A stretch of 63,103 nt of DNA, filler included, from Acidimicrobiia bacterium (GCA_041619515.1; 4 parts of 4 records of this genome joined end to end with filler, not necessarily neighbours in it), one strand, 5' to 3'; positions 9,130-19,885 are shown, counted from the whole stretch's first letter. Translations and numbers: made by a program. Notes: generated by a model from the sequence alone, not told the origin.

Positions 9130-9378
9130 TCATCCTTCCCTCAGTGCGGAGATGAGCTCGTCCTTGGTCATGTCGCTGCGACCGTCGATGTCGAGCTCCT
9201 GGGCGCGGTCGTACAGCTCGTCCTTGGTCCATTCCTCGTACGGCGGCCGGCCCCCGCCCTTCTCGGAGGCGTCGTCCGAGTTGGCGATGCGGGCAGCCTT
9301 CTCCTTGCTCATTCCTTGCTCGCGCAACGCCTCGTACTGTTCGTCGTCCTTGATGGACGGTCCATGATCGTTCGCCAT
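9130..9378 (-). CDS. small Rho-termination-factor N-terminal-like domain protein
   Basis: PSIKDDEQYEALREQGMSKEKAARIAN…TKDELYDRAQELDIDGRSDMTKDELI; AAGGAGG RBS. Confidence 0.85.
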   Translation of the reverse strand: MANDHGPSIKDDEQYEALREQGMSKEKAARIANSDDASEKGGGRPPYEEWTKDELYDRAQELDIDGRSDMTKDELISALREG

Positions 9379-9403
9379 TGATCCTCCTTCTCGATGCCTT
9401 CGA

Positions 9404-9430
9404 TTACCCGAATCTCACGGTGTCCAAACC
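9404..9430 (-). promoter_or_regulatory. SigF/SigB-type stress promoter
   Basis: Minus strand reads GGTTT-N16-GGGTAA upstream of the RBS of the 9378 gene. Confidence 0.65.
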
Positions 9431-9494
9431 CCGCTGGTGGGCCGGTCCGGGCCGGGTGCGTCCTGTTGGGTCGTCCGCTCGCTAGAACTGCCGG

Positions 9495-10280
9495 GTGACC
9501 GATCCCAGCCGAAAACGGGAAACCCGCACCCGCCGGGAGCCGCCTCCATTCCGCACGCTGACCGTGGGAAGGGTTAGCCGGTTGAGCCCGTTCATGGTCC
9601 GGATCACGACAACCGGATCCGAGCTGGAGGGCTTCGAGCTGGTCGAACCGGCTGCCAGCATCCGGCTGCTGCTCCCGTCCGATGACACCGGTGACCTCGT
9701 GATCCCCGAATGGAACGGCAACGAGTTCCTCCTCCCCGGTGGGCAGAGGCCGGTGATCCGCACGTTCACCCCGCGCCGGTTCCACCCGGATGCGCACGAG
9801 CTAGATATCGACATCGTGCTCCACGAGGGAGGCGCGGCCTCCGCCTGGGCCGAGCAGGCCCGGCCGGGCGACCCGGTGGCCGTTTCCGGGCCGGGCCGCG
9901 GGTACCGTCTCGATCGGGCTGCCGGGTCGTACCTGCTGGCCGGCGACGAGACTGCGATCCCCGCCATCGGCCAGCTGCTGGAGGAGATCCCGGCAGCAGT
10001 CGAGGTGAGGGTCGTCATCGAAATCGCCCATCCCCAAGCTCGCATCGACCTCCCGGACCATCCGGCCGCTCACATCGTCTGGGTGGAGCGGGATTCCGGC
10101 ACCAGCCCGGGCGCTGCCCTGATCGAGGCGCTGAGGGACACCCCGATCGCCCGGGGCACCCGGATATGGGTGGCGGGCGAGGCCGGGTCACTGGTGCAGG
10201 TCCGCCGCCTCCTGTTCGAGGAGCGAGCATTGCCGCGCTCGGACGCAACCGTGCGCGGCTACTGGAAGCACGGACGCTGA
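9495..10280 (+). CDS. siderophore-interacting protein (FAD-binding, ViuB-like)
   Basis: RTFTPRR, DIVLH, GPG, GDETAIPAI, AGE, GYWK. Confidence 0.92.
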   Translation: MTDPSRKRETRTRREPPPFRTLTVGRVSRLSPFMVRITTTGSELEGFELVEPAASIRLLLPSDDTGDLVIPEWNGNEFLLPGGQRPVIRTFTPRRFHPDAHELDIDIVLHEGGAASAWAEQARPGDPVAVSGPGRGYRLDRAAGSYLLAGDETAIPAIGQLLEEIPAAVEVRVVIEIAHPQARIDLPDHPAAHIVWVERDSGTSPGAALIEALRDTPIARGTRIWVAGEAGSLVQVRRLLFEERALPRSDATVRGYWKHGR

Positions 10281-10323
10281 GTGGCGGGCCCGGATGCGGG
10301 CCGACCCCGGTTGCGCCGGGGCG

Positions 10324-11547
<1,224 letters not shown>

Positions 11548-11723
11548 GTGGTCTCCTGGCGGTTTTCCTCATCGGATATCGGAGCGCGCCGCTCGCCGCT
11601 TGAGGCTCGTGCGCAATGACCGCCCGGCCTTCTCCATGGGTCATGGGATGCACGAACGCAGGGCTGGTGCCTCCTGCGGGGTTCCGCTGTGGCAGAGCGC
11701 AGCCGGCGCGGCATGATTGGTGG

Positions 11724-12731
11724 GTGAGATCGAAAGGTATGGCGTGGACTGTGGCCGGTGGGGCGGCGCTGGCCGTGGTGCTCCTGGTCGTGTCGTTGGG
11801 GGGCGGGGGCGAATCAGGTGCGGTGCCGGGTGAGCCGCTCGCACAGGCCCCGGCATCCGGGCTCCCCGCTCCCACTTCGACGACCATGGCTCCCCCCTCG
11901 ACCACCACCTCGGCACCGGCGGCGACGACGAGCACTGCACCGGCGGCCGCGCCGCCGACGACCACTACAGCACCGGCGCCGGCCCCGACCACCTCACTGT
12001 CCCCGGCCGATCCGTCGAGCGGGTACACCCCGGTGCCCAAGCCCGGCACCGGGCCCGACACGGTCGCTCCGGGCGGAGCGCTCACCAAGCACCTGGCGGC
12101 GGACATCGCAGCCGCCTTCGGCTTCGGCGCCGCCGAAACGGAGGAGGCGATCGCCGGGGTGGTGCTTCCGCCCGAAGCCGGCGACAACCCGGAGGGTTGG
12201 CTGGCGCCCGGCACCTATGAGCCTGCCGAGGGCGCCGGCGCCGCCGCCCAGGTGGTGCAGGCGATGGTGGATCGGCGGGTGGCACAACTCCAAGTGCGGC
12301 AGGTTCCCCGGGATCGATGGCACCGGGTGCTGACCGCCGCCTCGGTGATCGAGAAGGAGACCTACAACCAGAACGAGAAGCCCGGCGTGGCCCGGGTGCT
12401 CACCAACCGGCTGGTCGGCGGCGGCCCCCTGCAGATGGATTCCATCATCCTGTACCCGGTAGCCGAGGACCGGATCTTCACCACCCGGGAGGAGCGCGCA
12501 TCCGACCAGCCGTACAACTCCTACCGGCACAACGGCCTGCCGCCCACGCCCATCTGCTCTCCCGACGAAGCCTCCATCGATGCCTTCCTGGCCCCGCCCC
12601 CCGGCGACTGGTGGTTCTACGTGACCATCGACCTGCATTCGGGCGAGACCCGCTACGCCGTCACCTTCGAAGAGCACCAGGCCAACGTCGAGCTGCTTCG
12701 AGCCTGGCTGGCGGATCACCCCACCACGTGA
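11724..12731 (+). CDS. mltG: endolytic transglycosylase MltG/YceG-like protein
   Basis: ASVIEKET, NRL…LQMD, PYNSY…GLPPTPICSP; N-terminal TM and Pro/Thr linker; start uncertain (11724 or 11739). Confidence 0.8.
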   Translation: MRSKGMAWTVAGGAALAVVLLVVSLGGGGESGAVPGEPLAQAPASGLPAPTSTTMAPPSTTTSAPAATTSTAPAAAPPTTTTAPAPAPTTSLSPADPSSGYTPVPKPGTGPDTVAPGGALTKHLAADIAAAFGFGAAETEEAIAGVVLPPEAGDNPEGWLAPGTYEPAEGAGAAAQVVQAMVDRRVAQLQVRQVPRDRWHRVLTAASVIEKETYNQNEKPGVARVLTNRLVGGGPLQMDSIILYPVAEDRIFTTREERASDQPYNSYRHNGLPPTPICSPDEASIDAFLAPPPGDWWFYVTIDLHSGETRYAVTFEEHQANVELLRAWLADHPTT

Positions 12732-12752
12732 AAGCTCGCCGTACCGACTCGG

Positions 12753-13430
12753 CTAGAAGCGACGTTGGCCGCCCACAAAGGGTGGCTCTGCACCCGCCAG
12801 GTGCTCTTCGACGCTGGGGCCGCCGAGGGCGTTGCGCCGGGCGATGCCGACCCGGTAGCTCAGGTAGAGGAGCGGCAGGATGGTCGGCCAGGAGGTGAGG
12901 GTTTTCCACACCGCCAGTATCTCGGGCTGTTCCACCACGAACAGCCAGGCCGACACGCCACCGCGGATCGCGAAATACCAAAACCACAGCCACGAGACGC
13001 GGCTGTAGGCGGGCCGCACGTCGTCTCGCCAATACCAGTCGAGCGGCCATCTCCGATACAGCCGGCTGGTCCATCCGGTGAGCGGCCGCTTGACCAGGAT
13101 CGAGACGAGGGTCCCCCCGGCATAGGCGAGGGCCGACACGATCCCGGGGAGGAAGTAGCTCTCGGCCCGGCCGGAGCGCAGTGCGAGAAAGGCGGCGAAC
13201 CCGACGGCACCGATCCCGGCAAGTGCGTAGATGACCTGCTGGCCCTTGCGAACCCGCCACAACGCCACCAGCACTCCGGAGGCGATGGCAACCCCAGCAG
13301 CCATGCCGAGGCTCGATACGGCGTTGACCGCCACGAACAACAGAGGCGGCGCCAGCGAATCGCCGAGCGTGCGGTCGCCCACGAACAGGCCGGCTATCTC
13401 TTCTCGGATCTCGTCGTTGACGGACGTCAT
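12753..13430 (-). CDS. DUF3159-like membrane protein
   Basis: SGRAESYFLPG…SILVKRPL…W…RPAYSRVSWLW. Confidence 0.8.
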   Translation of the reverse strand: MTSVNDEIREEIAGLFVGDRTLGDSLAPPLLFVAVNAVSSLGMAAGVAIASGVLVALWRVRKGQQVIYALAGIGAVGFAAFLALRSGRAESYFLPGIVSALAYAGGTLVSILVKRPLTGWTSRLYRRWPLDWYWRDDVRPAYSRVSWLWFWYFAIRGGVSAWLFVVEQPEILAVWKTLTSWPTILPLLYLSYRVGIARRNALGGPSVEEHLAGAEPPFVGGQRRF

Positions 13431-13538
13431 GCTTGCTCACCCGAAGCGGAAACTAGTGGGAGGTTGGATGCGCGATCGTCAGTATGCAACTCATGGCCCT
13501 GGCGTGGGGAGTGTCGAGTCTCGCAGGGACCCACGACG

Positions 13539-13886
13539 TCAGCGGCGTCCCTTCCAGGCCAGGCGACCGAGTCGCCACAGCGATCGGGGTCGCACCGCCG
13601 TGGAGCCGAAGGTGACTGCTCCCAATCGTGAGCGGACCGCCCCCAGTTCCAAGAGGGGCCGGTCGCCTTCGGTTATCGCCACCGTCACCCCGAGCGGGGC
13701 GAGCCTACGCGCCAGCCGGCGGACGACGGCACGACCGGGGAGATTGGCGCCCCGGGCTAGCCGGGCGGAATCGACGAGATCCCAATGCACGAGCGAGCCG
13801 CTGCCGATCACCCTGGTGGCGACACCATTGGTTTCGGCTGTCAGCTCGCCGTGAATGTCAACTGTGAGCCGTGGCTCAGCCGTCAC
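13539..13886 (-). CDS. hypothetical protein
   Basis: GTGA overlap with the upstream small gene; MTAEPRLTVDIHGEL…. Confidence 0.6.
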   Translation of the reverse strand: MTAEPRLTVDIHGELTAETNGVATRVIGSGSLVHWDLVDSARLARGANLPGRAVVRRLARRLAPLGVTVAITEGDRPLLELGAVRSRLGAVTFGSTAVRPRSLWRLGRLAWKGRR

Positions 13887-14098
13887 GACTGGGCGGCGGC
13901 CCACTGATCGCGATCGGAGGTCGAGATGCTGAGTGTCCCGTTGATGCGCCACCGGGCAGCCGGGGCGTCGGCGGCAGTGGCGCTCGGCACGTCGATGTTC
14001 ATGTCGTCGAACTTGTAGTTGATGACCGCCTCTTTGCCGGTCAGGTACGACCACATCTCGCGCCCGAGATCGGTGAAGGTGGTTGCGTTCTGGTCCAT
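13883..14098 (-). CDS. small hypothetical protein (71 aa)
   Basis: AAGGGAG RBS; MDQNATTFTDLGREMWSYLTGKEAVINYKFDDM…WRINGTLSI. Confidence 0.75.
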   Translation of the reverse strand: MDQNATTFTDLGREMWSYLTGKEAVINYKFDDMNIDVPSATAADAPAARWRINGTLSISTSDRDQWAAAQS

Positions 14099-14264
14099 GA
14101 TGTCTCCCTTTCGACTTGGCCACCCCGGCGTGGGGTGACACCTCGTATACGCACCGGCGCCTGCGTCCGGATGAGGACTCAAGACAGCCGAGGGTGCGAG
14201 GCGTGAAGAGTGACAAGGGGAGGGGTGGGTCGCCGTTTGTGACGACAGCAGCCTGCTCGCTATC

Positions 14265-17200
14265 TCACGGGAGGTATCGCTTGATGCGGCCGCGGCGGTA
14301 CCGGATGAGCCACCTGATCCCGAAGTAGAGCCACGACGCCACCATCGCCACGATGCTCGCGATGAAGATGAGCACCTTTGCCAGCGCCCCGGAGAGGGAT
14401 GTCTTGTTGGCGCCACCAAGGCCGACCACCCACACCATCAGCGTGGCAAAGGCGACGACGGCGGCCGTCACGATCAGGACGACGGTGGGGAGCAAGCGGC
14501 CGGGACGGCCCGCCAGTATCGCCAGGCCGACCACGAAGGCCAGAGCCAGCACCAGCGGCAGGACCTGCGCCACGGGCTTGGGGACCGATCGAAAGAACCG
14601 CCGCCGGGAGGCTTCGAGGTGGCGGCGAGCTCGCTTCTGGCGTCGAGCCAGGTCGGGTTCCTGCGTGGGATCGGCACTCTTGCCGATGAGGTCGCGGGCC
14701 TTGAGGAACTCCCAGTCGAGGGATGGGAACTCCGCCTCGTCGATCCAGCCGTCGCTATCGGTGGGGAAGCGGAAGGGCCCCATGCCTTTGCCCAGCTCGA
14801 AACGGGTTGTCAGATATCCGCTCGTCATCAACGAGTACGCCTCCAGCTCGGAAAAGGAATCGAGATCGGTCCGCATTTCCGCCAGCGCGCTTTGGATCCG
14901 TCGGTCCACGCCGTATTCGGTGTTGCCCTCTAGCTTGCGGATTTCGGTCAGCTCCTCGTAGTAGGCGCCGGAATCGCCGTCGACCGGCGGCTTGACGTCA
15001 CGGGCGAGATGCACGAACGTGAAGTCTCTGATCTGTTGGCTGCGTCGCTGTTTCTTGAGATCGTCGTACTGGGCTGCCCGAATGCGCTGAAGGCTGATGA
15101 GGCTCGATCGCATAGCAGGCGAGAATCCACCGCGAGGGCGGGGCTGGGGCGACAGCTGGCCACTGGCATCGCTGATCAGCAGCAAATCACAGTTCTGTTC
15201 GGTGAGTCCGGTTATCCCCTGGTTGTCGACGACCCCTCCGTCGAGCAGTTTGATCGTCAGATCCGCCGGCCCCGTATCCAGTGGCAGCGGGTCGAAGACA
15301 CCGGGGACCGCAGCCGAGGCCGCCACTGCGTGACCCACCTTGATCGGCTCGCCTGCGACCTGGGGCCGGGGGTCCTCCTCCTGGATTTCTGCCAAGAGAT
15401 CTTTCAGCCGTTCACGTTCGTCGGCAGTGAGTGAGCCCTCGTCGACATCCTCGGCCGATGCGCCTCCCGAGCGTGGACGCCACCCTGCCCACCGCCTGGA
15501 CCTCTCGAGGGCAACGCTGGCAGTTCGCCGCGGAGCGACCAGTGCTCGCCGGAGCTGAAGCTCGCTGGGAAGAAGCGCAGGGTCGAAGTACATCCGCCGC
15601 AAGCGAGGCACCGCATCGATCTCCGGATCGACCGACGCCGGTGGCTCTCCCATATAGAGGGCGGTGAGCTGCCAGTTGTGTCCGGTGTTCAAGGCGGTGG
15701 CATTCATGATCAGGACCGGCACTTTCGCGGAGCGTGTCCAGTTCATTCTCCGAGGCCGAAAGTTGGGATCATTGGTGAGCTCGCCGCTTTCTTGGTCGTG
15801 AGTGAGTGGGTAGATCGCCAGGTCGCTCAAATGCGTGGCCGGCCGCTTCTTCGCCCCGGGGGCAGATCGCACCTTGGGGAGGACATTGTCGGCTATCAGG
15901 TCCCCGAGGCGCTGCGAGGGCGAATAGTTGAGCAAGAACTGAAGGTTTGAGCCGGGACGAAGAAACAGCCGGCCGCGTAGATCATGGCCTGCCGCCTCCG
16001 TCATGTCGGTGACGAGTTGCTTGACGAGTTGTACGTAATCATCGTTCGAAATCACTGGTGCCTCGACGCCTTCGGGCACCGCATCGAGCTTGGTGGACAA
16101 GAGTTGCTTGGCGAGCAGGTAGTAGCAAGCGCCGGTGATCGAGCCGCCCGAAACACACGAGAGAACCTGGACGTCACGCAGCAGGCCGAGCTCGGCGAGG
16201 GCGGCGAGCACCCCCACGTGGTACAGCGATGCCCGAAAGCCGCCGCCGGAGAGCGCCACACCCAGCTTCCCCTTGAAGGCGTTGACGACGGCATCACGAT
16301 CGACGTCGTAGAGAAGCTCATCGACGACTTTGAATACCTTGGCTTGCTCGGCTCTGATCAAGGCATTGCGCGTCGCTGCCACGCTCTCGAACGGGAATTC
16401 GTCTGTCACGACCTCGATGGGGGCAGGAGATGAGTCCTCATCGGGGTGGTCGACTGCTTGGCTCTCCAGGGCGATCAGTCGCTCGAGTGCCGCTTCGGTG
16501 GTGGGATCCAAATCCGTGTCGGGGGCCTGGTGAGTATCGCGGTGGTGTTCCAATGCGTCTCGCACCGACTCCGCGTCGGGGCGGATGCCACGCTGGCGCG
16601 CCATTGCCACGAACTCGTGGGCCCAACCCTGTAGCTCCTGCTCGTCCGGAGCGGTGGATCCATCGACTGCTTGTTTGCTGGCTCGGTCGGCGTAGCGGGC
16701 CGCCTCGTCGTACCGACGAAGGCCGAACAGGGCGGCTGCGGTGGCGGTGTTGACCGCCCATTTGTTCTCTCGGTCCGGGCGGCTGGCCTCGCCGGACAAG
16801 ATCTCGTATGAGCTGAGGAAAAGCCCTCGAGCAGTGCGCCTGAGCTCGAGCGACGTCAAGCCCCTGAGCCGATCGACGTAGGAGCCGGCCCTTGGATCAT
16901 CTGAGAACTGATTGATCGGTGGCACGCGGCTCGAGTAGTCGGTGTCGCCCTCCAGGTAGTAGACCGCACGCTCTTCGAGGCGGGCGAGATCCACCATCAG
17001 CAACGCGGCGTGGAATCCGTTCAGACCCTGCGTGTAGCGGTCACTGGCCCGAGCGGTGTGTCCGAGCTGGTAGAAGTAGACGGCGCGTCGGAGGTCGCGA
17101 GACTGGGCTGAGATATCCCATCGCCTTCGATGAATCTTCCCGAGCAGCTGCAACACCTCGGCATCGAGGGCGGCATCGAGGTCGGGGAAATGCTCTGCCA

Positions 17201-17474
17201 TCACGTCCCACGCCCGGTCCGCAGCACGCAAACGGTGGATGTCGGGGTCTTCGAGCCAGGACAGCGCGTACTCGAGCACGATCTGTTCGTTGAGGCCCTG
17301 CGGGTTGATGCGGTCCTCTTCTCGCATCTCCTCGATGGCATGACTGAGGACCAGGCGGGCCCGCCGGAAGTCATTCCGGTCCGTGCCCATGATCTTGGTC
17401 TTGCCGGCACACATCCGTGCCAGCTTGAGGTGATCTTCGAGCCGTTCGTGGTGATTGGACATCCGCGCCCCCAC
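14265..17474 (-). CDS. patatin-like phospholipase with N-terminal TPR-like region and C-terminal TM helices
   Basis: ALSGGGFRA oxyanion loop, SCVSGGS nucleophile, DGGVVDNQG catalytic Asp; three C-terminal hydrophobic helices. Confidence 0.88.
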   Translation of the reverse strand: MGARMSNHHERLEDHLKLARMCAGKTKIMGTDRNDFRRARLVLSHAIEEMREEDRINPQGLNEQIVLEYALSWLEDPDIHRLRAADRAWDVMAEHFPDLDAALDAEVLQLLGKIHRRRWDISAQSRDLRRAVYFYQLGHTARASDRYTQGLNGFHAALLMVDLARLEERAVYYLEGDTDYSSRVPPINQFSDDPRAGSYVDRLRGLTSLELRRTARGLFLSSYEILSGEASRPDRENKWAVNTATAAALFGLRRYDEAARYADRASKQAVDGSTAPDEQELQGWAHEFVAMARQRGIRPDAESVRDALEHHRDTHQAPDTDLDPTTEAALERLIALESQAVDHPDEDSSPAPIEVVTDEFPFESVAATRNALIRAEQAKVFKVVDELLYDVDRDAVVNAFKGKLGVALSGGGFRASLYHVGVLAALAELGLLRDVQVLSCVSGGSITGACYYLLAKQLLSTKLDAVPEGVEAPVISNDDYVQLVKQLVTDMTEAAGHDLRGRLFLRPGSNLQFLLNYSPSQRLGDLIADNVLPKVRSAPGAKKRPATHLSDLAIYPLTHDQESGELTNDPNFRPRRMNWTRSAKVPVLIMNATALNTGHNWQLTALYMGEPPASVDPEIDAVPRLRRMYFDPALLPSELQLRRALVAPRRTASVALERSRRWAGWRPRSGGASAEDVDEGSLTADERERLKDLLAEIQEEDPRPQVAGEPIKVGHAVAASAAVPGVFDPLPLDTGPADLTIKLLDGGVVDNQGITGLTEQNCDLLLISDASGQLSPQPRPRGGFSPAMRSSLISLQRIRAAQYDDLKKQRRSQQIRDFTFVHLARDVKPPVDGDSGAYYEELTEIRKLEGNTEYGVDRRIQSALAEMRTDLDSFSELEAYSLMTSGYLTTRFELGKGMGPFRFPTDSDGWIDEAEFPSLDWEFLKARDLIGKSADPTQEPDLARRQKRARRHLEASRRRFFRSVPKPVAQVLPLVLALAFVVGLAILAGRPGRLLPTVVLIVTAAVVAFATLMVWVVGLGGANKTSLSGALAKVLIFIASIVAMVASWLYFGIRWLIRYRRGRIKRYLP

Positions 17475-17632
17475 TCGTTCCCATCATATTCCCCGCGCAG
17501 GAGGTGGGGGTGCTACCGAGGCATCCTGAGGAAGGAGTCGAGCCGCCTAGCTGGCCTCTTGTGGTTTCCGTGGGTAGGTTCGGGCTGAACGGTTCCCTCA
17601 AAGGAGGTCATAGGCCCAGTGCGGTCGTTCCC

Positions 17633-18081
17633 ATGACGGTTGAGTACGACTACGAGGTCATCCTCGACCCGGTCCGGAGAGCAATCGCTGCCGGGGCAAG
17701 CTTCCCGGAAACCACGGTTGGGGGCCGGCAGGGCGCGTGGCTCATCACCGTTCACGCCCCGGAGTCATCGGCGCAGCGCCGCAACCTGGGTCTGGTTGGG
17801 CCGATCGCCGCGGCCGACACCGTGGTGTATCTGGCGACCACCACCGCTCGCAGCAGCGAACCGGGCCAGGGTGAGGTTGTGGGCTCCGCTCTGGCCATGC
17901 TGGTGCTGGAGTGCGATCCGGTTGGGCGATCTGTGGTCGGCACTCGGCTCACGCTGTTCCCCTTCGACGACGCAGACGGCACCCCCCGATGGGGCTCGGC
18001 ACAGGAATACGATGACGGTGCGGCCGTGTTCGGCTCGGTCGTAGATGAGTTGTCGCAGGCGTGGCTGCTCGAGGCCGGGGA
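17633..18081 (+). CDS. hypothetical protein running into the gap
   Basis: Open frame MTVEYDYEV… to the contig end; no recognisable motif. Confidence 0.5.
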
Positions 18082-18181
18082 NNNNNNNNNNNNNNNNNNN
18101 NNNNNNNNNNNNNNNNNNNNNNNNNTTAATTAATTAANNNNNNNNNNNNNNNNNNNNNNNNNNNNNNNNNNNNNNNNNNNN
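18082..18181. other. assembly linker / contig join
   Basis: N-run with the TTAATTAATTAA six-frame stop. Confidence 0.99.
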
Positions 18182-18182
18182 C

Positions 18183-18827
18183 CACCGACGCCCCCGCCTG
18201 CTCGTCTACGTCTGCATCGCCATCTTCCTCGTCCTGGCGATCGCGGCGGTAGCAGGCGAGACCCTGCTGCTGAAGGTCGACACGGCAGTCCAGGCGGGCA
18301 CCATGGACGTGCGCACCGGATGGCTCAACACCACCATGGTGCTGTTGACCGAGCTCGGCACCCGGTACGTGATCGGGGTGCTGGCGCTGGGCCTCGCCAT
18401 TTGGGCGCGAGTCACCAAGCGCTGCACGACGACCCTGGTCGTGATCATCGCCGCCATTGCGATCAATCCGCTGTTCGAGGTTCTGTTCAAGCAGCTGGTG
18501 GGCCGGGTCCGCCCCGACCTCGACCAGCTCCTGCCCGGCAACGGCCCCTCGTTTCCCTCCGGCCACGTGCTCGCCTCGGTCGGCTTCTACGGCCTGGTCC
18601 CGCTGGTGGTGTGGGAGGCCACGTCCAGCCGCCTTGCCCGCACGGCAGCGTTCTTCGGATCGGCGGCCGTGATCCTGTCTGTCGCCGCCTCGCGGGTGTA
18701 CCTGGACGTTCATTGGACCACCGACGTGTTCGCCGGGCTGCTGTTGGGAACCGTGCTGGTGGTTGCCACCTACCATGCCCTCGAGGGCCACGGATTCCAT
18801 CAGGCCCGAAGCTGCTGCACCGCCTGA
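18183..18827 (+). CDS. PAP2 family phosphatase (5' truncated)
   Basis: KQLVGRVRP, PSGH, SRVYLDVHWTTD. Confidence 0.92.
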   Translation, partial: HRRPRLLVYVCIAIFLVLAIAAVAGETLLLKVDTAVQAGTMDVRTGWLNTTMVLLTELGTRYVIGVLALGLAIWARVTKRCTTTLVVIIAAIAINPLFEVLFKQLVGRVRPDLDQLLPGNGPSFPSGHVLASVGFYGLVPLVVWEATSSRLARTAAFFGSAAVILSVAASRVYLDVHWTTDVFAGLLLGTVLVVATYHALEGHGFHQARSCCTA

Positions 18828-18923
18828 TCAGCGCAACGCGGCCCGGTGAACCGGCGGCGTAGAGAGCCCGCACCTCGCCGTCGGCTGCGGGGAGCAGGCC
18901 TCCCGCAGGGAGCGCGGCACGGG

Positions 18924-19316
18924 CTATCCCTCGCTGACGCCTTCCAGCCTCGCTCGATAGGACGAGACCGCCCGCTCGGCTACCCGTTCCGGCGCTTCGT
19001 TGGTCAACTCGCCCTGGTCGACGAGCCAGGCCCACAGATCGGAGCGAAAGCGGACCTGTTGGCCCCGGGAGACGATGTTGCCGCGGGTGATGCCCACCCA
19101 CAGCAACGCGACCAGGCCGATGAGGAACAGGATGGCAATGAGAACGGCACGTACGAACGGGTCGCCGTGCCAGATCTGCACCACCTGCCCGTCGACGGGC
19201 TGGGTGATCCGGAAGGCACGGAACAGGTACACGAAGATGTATACGCCGGTGTACACCAGGAAGCTCAACAGTCCGAGCAGCCCAATGAGCGCCGCCACCG
19301 ATAGCTGCCGTTTCAT
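18924..19316 (-). CDS. two-TM membrane protein with C-terminal ribbon-helix-helix-like segment
   Basis: ATGA overlap with the upstream gene; two hydrophobic helices then QVRFRSDLWAWL…PERVAERAVSSY. Confidence 0.7.
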   Translation of the reverse strand: MKRQLSVAALIGLLGLLSFLVYTGVYIFVYLFRAFRITQPVDGQVVQIWHGDPFVRAVLIAILFLIGLVALLWVGITRGNIVSRGQQVRFRSDLWAWLVDQGELTNEAPERVAERAVSSYRARLEGVSEG

Positions 19317-19885
19317 GGGTTCCCCTCTCGTCCGATCAAATGCAATGAGCGCGCAAACTCGGCCGGCTCTTCCGGCGGCGGCTTCAAGCGCCCGAACCAT
19401 GTCGTCTCGACCAGCACATGTGCCGCCGAGAACGATCGCCGGTAGACCACGGCGAAGAAGAGCAACTGCAGGCCGAGCAGCCCCACCACCGCGGCGGTGC
19501 CGACGCCCAGGCCCACCATCCAGGGGTTGCGGTAGAAGAGGCCGGCGTCGTCGTTGTATGCGAGCAGTCCGGCGAGCAGCGCCACCCCACCGATCCCGGC
19601 GGAGAACAGCACGCCGGCCAGGTATGCCCACCGCGAGCGCCATTCACGTGAACGGAAGTCGGGACCGAGCACATCGTGGCCTGCCGCCTGGGCAACGCTC
19701 ACGACCACGCCCTTGGCCCCGGTTGCGATCTCTTGCTTGCGGCGGACGCGTCCGTTCGGGAGCATGCCGGTTATCCAGTCGGCGATCACGAGGATGCCGG
19801 ACACGATCATTCCCACCCCCATGAGCGCCGGAACGAACACGTGCAACCGGTCGTCGACCACCGGGTCGCGTCTCGGATCAGCCAC
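19313..19885 (-). CDS. hypothetical three-TM membrane protein
   Basis: GTG start overlaps the dikinase stop; hydrophobic helices. Confidence 0.7.
   Translation of the reverse strand: MADPRRDPVVDDRLHVFVPALMGVGMIVSGILVIADWITGMLPNGRVRRKQEIATGAKGVVVSVAQAAGHDVLGPDFRSREWRSRWAYLAGVLFSAGIGGVALLAGLLAYNDDAGLFYRNPWMVGLGVGTAAVVGLLGLQLLFFAVVYRRSFSAAHVLVETTWFGRLKPPPEEPAEFARSLHLIGREGNP

Noticed and set aside
11870..12010. ACC/ACG-rich tracts (also 7030-7100, 36335-36390, 51910-51990, 63000-63103)
   Set aside because: They encode Thr/Pro linkers of surface proteins; not a CRISPR or DNA-level repeat array.
18082..18181. TTAATTAATTAA within N-runs, repeated at 36235-36334 and 53625-53724
   Set aside because: Artificial six-frame-stop contig linker. 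ORFs ending in X…LIN and gene adjacency across it are artefacts.
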